Shown one piece after another: positions 53,057 to 64,000 of a DNA stretch of 64,000 nt (the stretch's first letter is position 1; each line of letters begins with the position of its first letter). The notes under the pieces are model-generated. The model made no database searches. It saw only the letters and a program-made list of their open reading frames with translations, and had not been told where the DNA came from. The DNA comes from Octopus vulgaris. Lineage: Eukaryota. Position numbers and translations under genes: made by a program. The stretch is from positions 35,030,001-35,094,000 of the forward strand of contig OX597818.1 in assembly GCA_951406725.2 (NCBI GenBank), given 5' to 3'.

Positions 53057-54214
53057 ATATATATATATATATATATATTGATAGTCCAGCAGCACTCGAA
53101 CGAGGTCATTGCCAGTACCACCAGACTGGCCCTCATGCCAGAGGCACATAAAAGCACCCACCACACTCTCGGAGTGGTTGGCGTTAGGAAGGGCATCCAG
53201 CTGTAGAAACCCTGCCAGATCAAGATTGGAGCCTGGTGCAGCCATCTGGTTCGCCAGTCCTCAGTCAAATCGTCCAAGCCATGCTTGCATGGAAAGCGAA
53301 TGTTAAATGATGATGATGATATATACATACATATATATACACACACACACATGTATGCATATGCACGAACATACACACACACATACATACACATGCGCAC
53401 ACATAACTTGAAATGAGAATGTGTGACAGCTACAGCATGGGCTAGGATTCCGGAAAAACGGATGACACAAAAGTATAATTTAATGCTTCCCAGCTATATA
53501 AGTTACATTGGCAAACAGGTCTACTCATAGATAATGATACAATTTCTAACAGCTATTGGCTGTTCTAAGCGGTATATTAGGCTTGTATAACAGTAAAACT
53601 ATAGGTTAAACATTTTGGAAATGTGTTAGGTTAGGATATTAAAGAATAGACGAAGAAGGATTGTACTGTGTGGAAGCACTCTGTCGGTTACGACGACGAG
53701 GGTTCCGGTTGATCCGAATCAACGGAACAGCCTGCTCGTGAAATTAACGTGTAAGTGGCTGAGCACTCCACAGACACGTGTACCCTTAATGTAGTTCTCG
53801 GAGATATTCAGCGTGACACAGAGAGTGACAAGGCTGGCCCTTTGAAATACAGGTACAACAAAAACAGGAAGTAAGAGTGAGAGAAAGTTGTGGTGAAAGA
53901 GTACAGCAGGGATCACCACCATCCCTGCCGGAGTATCGTGGAGCTTTAGGTGTTTTCGCTCAATAAACACTCACAACGCCCGGTCTGGGAATCGAAACCG
54001 CGATCCTACGACCGCGAGTCCGCTGCCCTAACCACTGGGCCATTGCATCTCCACTATGATGTGTTAGACATTTTCACATGGTTCCTGATAACAATTGCAC
54101 AAAGTACACATACAGACAGAATTGGTATTTGTATCAATGCCAACAAGAATAACAAGTATCTGATAAAATGGTGAAAAAGGGTAAGAGAAAAACCATGATG
54201 GTCATCATATATAT

Positions 54215-54268
54215 GTATGCATGTGTGTATGTGTGTGTGTGTATGTGTGTGTGTGTGTGAGTATGTGT

Positions 54269-54323
<55 letters not shown>

Positions 54324-54433
54324 TGTGTGTGTGTGAGTGTGTGTGTGTGTGTGTATGTGTGTGTGTGAGTGTGAGTGTGTGTGTGCATGTGTGTGTGTGT
54401 GAGTGTGAGTGTGTGTGTGTGTGAGTGTGTGCA

Positions 54434-54508
<75 letters not shown>

Positions 54509-54520
54509 GTGTGTGTGAAT
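54215..54520 (+). repeat. ~300-bp (TG)n microsatellite
   Basis: Direct reading; many other TA/TG/TATG/TATC tracts (e.g. 42130-42270, 43455-44460, 45230-45770) are not listed individually. Confidence 0.95.
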
Positions 54521-57500
54521 GTTAATATTCCGTGGCTTTACTTGTCACAGTCTGATAGACAGGGTGATATGATGTTCACATGCCTTGTTAAACATTACAG
54601 ACTGGTTGCCCAGCATTCATTTTATTCTAAGACCATTGCAGCATAATAAAAAAAAACATCTTATACTTGAAAAACAGGTAAGGTTTGCTGAAAGGAAGGA
54701 AATGCGGCTGTAAAGTTCTGCTTCAAGTAAGTCTGCATCCTACCAATGGTGGCTTACAAAAATAGACATTAAACAAGCTCACGCGCATGCACACACATAC
54801 ACACACATGTATACATATATGTATATATCATCATCATCATCATCATCATCATTTAATGTCCCCCTTTCCATGGTGGCATGGGTTGAATATATATATTTAT
54901 GTATATGTGTGTGTATATACTTACACATAATACATACATACATACATACATACATACACACACACATATATATATATGTATTGAAATAGGCTAGTTTATG
55001 GAGTTACTCTGGGTTTCTTGCTCATAAGGGGTTTAGCCTTACAGCATATCTTCTGACCCCAAACACTGCTGTCCTAAGACCTCTACATCTTAGAATGTGC
55101 TTCATTTCCAGATTGATGTATGCCTACAAGCGATCCTATATATATACACATATACGTATATATATATATATCATCATCATCATCTTATATACTCTTTACT
55201 TGTTTCAGTCATTTGACTGCGGCCATGCCGGAGCACCACCTTTAGTCGAGCAAATCGACCTCAGGACTTATTCTTTGTAAACCTAGTACTTATTCTATCG
55301 GCCTCTTTTGCCAAACCGCTAAGTTACAGGGATGCAAACACACTAGCAGCAGTTGTCAGGCGATGTTGGGGGGACAAACACAGACACACACACATATATA
55401 TGATGGGCTTCTTTCCGTTTCCATTTACCAAATCCACTCACAAGCATTTAGTCGGCTCAAGGCAATAGTAGAAGACACTTGCCCAAGGTGCCACGCAGTG
55501 GGACGGGACCCGGAACCATGTAGTTCGTAAGCAAGCTACTTACCAAACAGCCACTCATTATTCTTCATAATTATGATCATCTTGATAACAAAGATGTTGA
55601 TCATCATAATTTTTACATATTTTTATATTATATATATATTTTATCAAAGATTCACTAACTTCTCATCCTCTTGTCATCCTTGTTCCATCCAACCCAAAAT
55701 TTTCCTGCACTAGCTACTATGCTGAATTTTCCGTCCTCAGATCATCAGCCTTGAGGAATCCCATCCCTGTTCACACCTTTTTTTTCACAGGCATTGATCT
55801 GCAACAATTTAAATGGAGCATTAACGGCATTCACTTCTGAGGGGCTGTAAGGGCCATGAGCACTGTCCCTTCCTTCAGATTTAGCAAGTAAAAAAAAAAA
55901 AAAAATCAATTTTTGATTTTACAGTGTTTATTGGAGTTCTTCTTTCACCATCACTGCTCTAACTCCAGTATATCTGAAGTTTCAGTTACCTTTTTTATAC
56001 TCTTGTTTCTCTATAAAGCACATTCTTATGCTGATGACATGCTACTACACTCTTCTCCAAAGGTGGCAAACCTATGACATGCTGCAGAGTTTTAGATAGC
56101 ACATAAGGAATTTTGAAAAATAATATGTTTGTAATACTATGTTACAAAAAGCTTATCTATAACTGTTTACTTAGAACTAATATGCATGCATATATTTACA
56201 TGGGGAAAAGACTATTGGCATTGGGAAATTTATCCAACTGCAGAAACAATGCCAAAGTAGAGACTGGGGCAAGATACCTTCCTTGGATTTATCAGAACTT
56301 GTCAAACTGTTCGACTAATGCCAGCTTGACCCATGGATTTTAAGTGATGATGATAATGATGATGATGACATGTAAGTGATCCACCAACAGCAGGGCTATT
56401 AAACAAACAAAAATTTTGACACACCAGACAAAAAAGAAAAAAGAAAAAGGGTTTGCCATCACTGCTATGCTCTAGCCCTCCAAAATAGGCTTTATTTGAC
56501 ATGCAATATTGGGTTTCAAAATTCTAGCAAAAAGCCAGCAAGTTTGTGGGGGGAGTTAAGTCGATTATATCAGCCCCAGTGCTCAACTAGTACTAATTTT
56601 ATCAACCTTGAAAGGGATGAAAAACAAATGGTATTTGTAAAGCTAAGTGAGACTGTAACCATGACCTATACTAGTGTAGCATAACCGGCCCATTTAAGAA
56701 TACCCTTCAATCATTGGGCAATGAACTGTGCTTGAGAAATCCTGTTGAGTCAAGTGAAACCATTTGAGCATGGTCAGTGCCAGTACTGGCTGACTGGCCC
56801 TCATGTCAGTGGCACATAAAAAGCACCCACTACACTCTTGAAGTGGTTGGCATTAAGAAGGGCATCCAGCTCTAGAAACCTTGCCAGATCAGATTGGAGC
56901 CTGGTACAGCCTTCTGTCTTGCCAGCCCTCAGTCAAACCGTCCAACCCATGCTAGCATGGAAGGCAGGCATTAAACGATGATGATGATGATGAAGATAAT
57001 TAGCTACCTTTTCTATGTATAATGATTCTAAGTGTGAATAGTAATGGTTCTCGTTGATGTGAAGGTTGACTAAATGAAACTGAAAGAATGTGTGGTCTTC
57101 AACAGGACCATTTAATTAGGGAGTTCAGAATATTATACATTTTATTCACATGACCACTATTTCTTGAGATTTGAAATTATGTTCTGAGTTCACATTCTGC
57201 CGAGGTTGACTTTGCCTTTCATCCTTTCAGGGTCGATAAATTATGTACCAGTTGTGTACTGGGGTCGATCTAATTGACTGGCCCCTACCCCCAAAATTTC
57301 GAGCCTTGTGCCTAGAGTAGAAAAGAATATTGTCTCTACTATTCATCAGAACCACCATAACACCAAAACTACCTGAGAAAGAAAGAAAGAGGGAGGGAGA
57401 GAGAGAGGGGGAGGGAGAGAGAGAGAGAGGGAGGGTTGGAGGTGGTTAATACATGTTCAATTTACTTAGCAATCAATAATGAACGTTGTGAAAGCATTAT

Positions 57501-58080
57501 TAGTGTTCATAGAACATTATTAATTGTAATAATGATGGCGAGCAGACAGAATCGTTAGTATACTGGGTGAAATGCTTAGCAGCATTCCGTTTGTCTTTGG
57601 GCTCTGAGTTCGAATTCCGTCAAGGTCGACTTTATATTATCGGAGGCGATAATATAAGTACAAGTTGAGCACGGCTGTCGATATAATCGACCGACCCCTC
57701 TTCCAAAATTGCAGGCCTTTTTCCCTGATACACACTTTTAATTAATAGCTTGCAGAATAGATGTTAATAGCAAAAAGGGGGAATAACTCTACTCTAAGAC
57801 ACCCACCGTATCTAATAATGCTCAAACTTTTTGTTCAAAACTTAGTAGTTATTTTTGTGAAATACTTAGACACAGAGACCCAAGTTTTGCTTAATATGCG
57901 GTCTTGTGGGACATATACAGCAAGAATAACAAGAAATTCGGTTGATATCATGGCTTTGAAGTGGGATTTATTCTTAGTCACTAGGTTCTACTGATGCAGA
58001 AATATGTGAAAATATTAAGTAAATTACATTGATGCTGCTGTTTCATCTTAGATGTCCTGTGTTAACTAGATACAAGTATA

Positions 58081-58497
58081 GAATCTTTTCGGTTTGAACG
58101 GCAGTTTTTTAAAATAATTTCCACGTAACTAAAAAATGTTAAACTTCGTATACTGGTAGAATGTGTTTATAAAACATCTTTTACTCTTGGCTTTATTGAG
58201 AAAATTCTATAGTTTGTAAGATATTTGTTGTTTTTTTTCTTCAATTTCTGCAATTTCAACCAATCAATAACGTCTATTGAGGTGAAAAACATTCTGTGTC
58301 GTATGAATATGTCCCTCGTTTAAGAAACAGATTGGGTTTATTTACATTTCTGAAGAAAAAAGATACCCTTCTCCCAACCCCTAACCTTAAACCTAAAACA
58401 GATTGAAATGCAATAGATCGATACTAGGGTTATAATTATGGGTGATAATTTCATATGACACTGCTAGAAAAAACTGCCGTTCAAACCGAAAAGATCC
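58081..58497. mobile_element. MITE with ~29-bp TIRs and 8-bp TSD (Merlin-like)
   Basis: G(A/G)ATCTTTTCGGTTTGAACGGCAGTTTTT ... AAAAACTGCCGTTCAAACCGAAAAGATCC; TSD CAAGTATA 58073-58080/58498-58505. Confidence 0.85.
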
Positions 58498-58802
58498 CAA
58501 GTATACCTTAGCTTACGTCAGCAACTGGTTCCAGGATATGAAACTTAACCTGAAAAACAACGTAACGTGGAAAACATTTTGAAATATGTCAACTTGTATA
58601 TGTTTTAATAAATAGTTTGTACACATTTTCACGTATTTTATTTGATTTTCCACTTTAGGTTTGGGCTTTAGAACTATTTTAAGTTAAATTTTTATGCCTT
58701 TAAATATATTTTCTGAAACCAAAGTGGTCAGATAAACCGACTGAAGTTCAGTTTCATTATTATTATTTTTAAAAATATATTTAGAAAAACAACGTAAAGT
58801 CA

Positions 58803-58855
<53 letters not shown>

Positions 58856-58938
58856 TAATAATAATAATAATAAAAAGGTAATAGAAACAAAGTAAGTTGA
58901 GGTATGCCTGTATTTTCTTACAATATGAATAAGAGGAA

Positions 58939-59705
58939 GGCAGCGAGCTGGCAGAAGCGTTAGCACTCCGGGTGAAATGCTTACCGATATTTTGTCTGCC
59001 GTTACGTTCTGAGTTCAAATTCCGCCGCGGTCGACTTTGCCTTTCATCCTTTCGGGGTTGATAAATTAAGTAATAGTTACGCACTGAATCGATGTAATCG
59101 ACTTAATCCATTTGTCTGTCCTTGTTTGTCCTCTCTGTGCTTAGCCCCTTGTGGGTAGTAAAGAAATAGGTATTTCGTCTGTCTTTACACTCTGAGTTCA
59201 AATTCCGCCTAAGTCAACTTTGCCTTTCATCCTTTCGGGGTCGATAAATTAAGTACCAGTTACGCACTGGGGTTGATCTAATCGACTTAATCCGTTTGTC
59301 CTTGTTTGTCCACTCTTTGTGTTTAGCCTCTTCTGTGTAGTAAAGAAATAGGTATTTCGTCTGCCGTTACCTTCCGAGTTCAAAATTCCACCGAGGTCGA
59401 CTTTGCCTTTCATCCTTTCGGGGTTGATGTAATCGACTTAATCCCTTTGTCTGTCCTTGTTTGTCCCCTATATGTTTAGCCCCTTGTGGGCAATAAAAAA
59501 ATAAGCAGCGTTAGCACCCCGGGCGAAATGTTTAGCAGTATTTTGTCTGTCTTTATGTTCTGAGTTCAAATTCCGCCGAGGTCGACTTTGCCTTTCATCC
59601 TTTCGGAGTCGATTAAATCAGTACCAGTTACGTGCTGGGATCGATCTAATCGATTGGTCTCCCTTCCCCAAAATCTCGGGCCTTGTGCCTAGAGTAGAAA
59701 AGAAT
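58939..59705 (+). mobile_element. Head-to-tail array of four SINE-B units
   Basis: Units restart at ~59169, ~59350, ~59505 directly after A-rich tails. Confidence 0.85.
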
Positions 59706-60039
59706 ATAAGAGGATGCAGAGTTATTTACCTTGCTCAAAGAAATAACACAGAAGCTAGTGTAAAATTTGAGTTTGCAATCACATTCATTATAGCTCATGT
59801 ATTATACTCAATATTATAATAATTGATAAGATATTGTGGTAAATTACAAATTGCAAGTTGCAAGCCAATAAATAGATTTATTCAATTGTTATTGTTGGTC
59901 ATTTTTGGGGGTAGATTAATATCTAATATAAGGTGGTAGGCTTAATAGAGTGAATTTGGTAGATAGAAACTTTGTGTGGAAGCCTGTTGCGTGTGTGTGT
60001 GTGTGTGTATGTGTGTTTTTGTGTGTGTGTGTTTGTGTA

Positions 60040-60075
<36 letters not shown>

Positions 60076-61880
60076 CACGTTTGTGTGTGTTCCTCTCAAG
60101 CCCCATTGCAGTTGGTTTGTTTACACTCCCGTAACTTAGCTGTTCAGTATAAGAGACCAATAGAATAAGTACAAGACTTAAGAAAAAAATAAAACTGGGT
60201 CCAATTTGTTCAACTAGGCCCTTCATGGCAGTGCCCCAGAATGACCACAATCCAATGATTGAAGCAATTAAAAGATGAGGAGACACATAGCTGATTGGTG
60301 TAGAAGTTCACTTAGCAGCAACATATTTCCAGGTTTGATCTCACTATGCATCACCTTGAGCCTCACTGTCTGATGAATGAAATTTGGTAGACAGAAACTG
60401 TCTAAAAAACTGTTACATATGTATAGTGGCATACATGCAACAAATGACATTTTTGCCATTCATCATTTGTCACCAGTTTTATTAGCCAATGAAATACTAA
60501 TATTTTCATAGCCATTTTGATTACATGTGGAGGCACAATGGCCCAGTGGTTAGGGCAGCGGACTCGCGGTCAGAGAATCGCAGTTTCGATTCCCAGACCG
60601 GGCGTTGTGTGTGTTTATTGACCGAAAACACCTAAAGGCTCCACGAGACTCTGGCAGGGGATGGTGGCGACTCCTGTTGTACTCTTTAGGCCCACAACTT
60701 TCTCTCACTCTCTCTCTTCCTGTTTCTTGAGTTATGCTGTGATGGACTGGTGTCCCGTCCAGCTGGGGGGGACACATACGCCACAGAAACCAGGAAACTG
60801 GGCCCATGAGCCTGGCTAGACTTGATAAGGGTGAGAAAAAAATAATTTTGATTACATAAGCAAAATCTAATGTTGTCTCTTTCTGAGAAGAATAGAAGGA
60901 AGCTACCAATTCTCTTTTTTCAATTATTCTAAAACAGTAGACACATAATGGATTGAACATGTTACCAAGCTGATCCTTTGGTTGACTTACCATCTGTAAA
61001 TTCAGTCCATTTGATGGGCTTGTATCCTCATTTGATTTTTACTATTTCATGTTGTTTTAATGTTTAACGATCTAGTTATGGGGAATGTAGAAACTCTCAT
61101 TCAATAGCTAACAAATTAGTTCATTATCCTTTTCCACTAGTTTTAGCTAATGAGAAGCTGGTATCTTCACAGTAATTTTGGCTGTATACTCAGAATGTAA
61201 TGACGTTTCACATAAATGTATTGTTTAAGAAAATAAGAACAAGTTTCTGTAATTAATACTTCAAAAAATACCAAATAATACTCTACCAACAAACCACTCT
61301 TTTGGTGATTGAGATTCATGCTTCTCTTTATCTGAGTATGAAAGGAATTAAAAAGGAAACCACAAGTCTTGTTTTGATAAAACAACACAAGCTGTTAGCT
61401 CTCTCTTTTCAGCTGGTCTAAAATATTAGACATGTATTCAAATGAAGAAGATATCAACTTGTAGTATTTAAATTTTAATAAAACTTCCTGCTAAATATCT
61501 GATTTTTCTTCCCTTTTTACCTCATCGATATTTTTCCATTCATACCTATGTAACACTCAAAATGAAATTTAATTCAAAATCATATCTACAACACCTTTGT
61601 CACAACAGTGAATTGCACCTTTGATTTCATAAACCTGGCCACAGATATATTCTACACAATATTTATACTAACTTTTCTTTTATTTTGAACATGTTTATTT
61701 TTCGATGGAGGAATTACAGAACATTTCAAACGTGTACTTCATAACCTTTGGAAGAATATCTACTGTTTAACTACTTTGAATTTTAATTCCAATAAATCAG
61801 AAGTGATTTATGCTGTGGATGGTATGGAGAAAATAAAGGAAAGCTAATGTATAATTCATTGTTATTATCTCTTTGCATTC

Positions 61881-61952
<72 letters not shown>

Positions 61953-62454
61953 GCGTGCGTGCATACGTGCGTGAGTGTGTGTGTGTGTGTGTGTATACTT
62001 ATGTTGAGACATGTGTCTCATTGGTTCAGATATTGCAATGGACTGGTGCCCTATCCTTGGGGGAATATATACACTACAGAATCCAGGAAACTAGTCCTAT
62101 AAATGTATTGTTCTAGTAGGACCTTTGACCCCTTGATTATCTGATGTGTCCTTATGTCTGCATATACTGTATAAAACTATGCATCAAGTTGTATACTTCG
62201 AAGACAAAAATTAATCTAACCATTCTATAAAGATTGATAATATAATTACAAAAACTTAAATAAATACGAGGTTTGATATTATTTGCTAAAAAGTCCTTCA
62301 AGATGATGAACTTCATGGCTATTACTGAATGAGTGAAACTAGTAAAAGAATTAAAAAATATCTAAATCAGTGCCTGTTTGCAACAAAAATCAGTATCTGT
62401 TAGCAGATTATGCATTTTCATAAGGGACCACAGCTGAATAAATGAGCCTTGTAT

Positions 62455-62866
62455 ATATATATATATATATATAAAGCTGAAGTTGTCTGTGTGTGTGTGT
62501 GTGTGGCAGGTTTGGTAGCCTTCAACTAACACAATCTCCTCCGAGACCCTGAGGTGCAAGTTGACCAAAATTGAGAGTATGATAGAAGAATGCTTGCTCT
62601 TCATTCTGTAGAAGAAAAAATTTAAATCGGACCATGTTAAGACCAAAAATTATTTACATCAAAAAGGTGCTTTTTTTCTATGAAAATCCCTATTTTTTAC
62701 GATTTTTTGACTTCTGTGTCGCCATTTTTCGGTGTATTTCAACCAGAAAAATGTTTACTTGAAGAGAATAACAAGCTACATAATGCAAAATTTTTACTTT
62801 TTAAAAATTCCAGTTCTAAAGGGTCGAAAAGAAAACAAACCCGAGCAACGCTGGCTATACTGCTAG
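62455..62866 (+). mobile_element. Non-autonomous Helitron type 2
   Basis: Reverse-complement match to 5735-6129; ends ATACTGCTAG|T. Confidence 0.85.
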
Positions 62867-64000
62867 TGATATGATATAATGAAATGAACTTATTGTATAC
62901 AGTGCTCCGGTACATTACAACTCATTAGAAAACTTAGCCAAAACTGTATGAACAGTACATAGAATGAAGGCGTTTTTTATGTGGTCGTTTAAACAGCATA
63001 TAGCAACCAAACTTTCTCTTGAATCACACTAAATGTAGTCCTAGATATAATATATTGGGGGTGGGGATAGAAAAATCAGGATTATCTTATCTTGAATGGT
63101 TTTGAGCAACAGCTGTAGTAGCAACAGCAACAACAACAACAACAACACAACAAATACATATTTTATCAACCCCCAAAAAAGTGAAGGGCGAAGTTAAACA
63201 TCAAATCTACACATGACCCACTACATAAAGGGACGTAACTATGCTGTTCAAGCATAAGGCTCTGAGTATTGTTGATATGAAAATGGAAAGCTGTTTAAAT
63301 AACTTCTTCCTTACATGTTTCAAGCTTTACATATTTGTGTTTGCATAAGATTTTATACAGAGTTTTTTAAGTTTTGGTTATAGCCTATGGCTACCAATTT
63401 AATACCTATCCACAAACAAGACAAAGTATTTAGTTCTGATTAAGATTAAGATATAAGATAAAAAGAAGCAAGCAGCTTATTTAAATCTGCTTCATTCTTT
63501 CTCTTACTCCCTTCACAAGCACTCACACAACACATGCAACACACATTTACATATCTACTTATATGCTTATATATCTAAGTATGTTTATTAGAAAACTAGA
63601 GTGTGATGTGAAGGAGATTTAATACTCATACATGAATATCATTATGCCTTTTATGTCTTTTTCACATATAACATGAGTTGGATGAAATTTCTCAAGGCAG
63701 TATTCTCGGGTCACTTGCTCTTTTTGACACCAACACTTACTTGTTTTTAAGTAAAATTGTATTCCTAATCTTTGCTTATCAAAATGCTGAAAGAGACATT
63801 TTGTTAATGGGGATATAAGTAACATCTTTAATGCCATAGCACTGTCAATGTGAAGATACTGGCATATATACACACACAAGAGATGATCTTCCATACAACT
63901 TTTATCTACCCAAAATTTCCCTTTTAAGGTATTGGTTAACCTAAGGCTTTCATAAAAGACATTTGACCAACATACAATATTAAGGGATTCAACTTGAAAC

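Noticed and set aside
53975-54052. tRNA gene (also heads at 4147, 20988, 60529)
   Set aside because: tRNA-like A/B boxes run directly into SINE bodies; no complete cloverleaf or terminator
55740-56050. RT fragment (HSYADD)
   Set aside because: Only a short motif in a heavily decayed stretch; too little to delimit or classify

Overview
AT-rich, extremely microsatellite- and transposon-dense eukaryotic DNA. The tRNA-derived SINE families, RTE 3' ends with (GAT)n tails and TA/CA/TAA microsatellite load are typical of an octopus (coleoid cephalopod) genome; this assignment is from recognition, not a search. No host protein-coding gene can be called with confidence, so the window looks intergenic or intronic, with a few + strand micro-exon candidates. 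Identifiable content: (1) three R4/Dong-clade RLE retrotransposon 3' fragments in (TAA)n tracts. (2) A non-autonomous Gypsy-derived LTR element (15257-18614; ATAT TSD, tRNA-Leu PBS, PPT) with very asymmetric LTRs (213 vs 1282 bp) and a 543-codon ORF made of catalytically gutted protease/RT remnants. (3) Penelope-like elements with a GIY-YIG remnant, inverted terminal repeats and minimal hammerhead-like folds, one with a G3:C8-swapped core. (4) Four non-autonomous Helitrons, Tc1/mariner fossils, Merlin-, piggyBac- and hAT-like MITEs, RTE and CR1 LINE fragments, and many SINEs. Most long ORFs in the track are translations of microsatellites.
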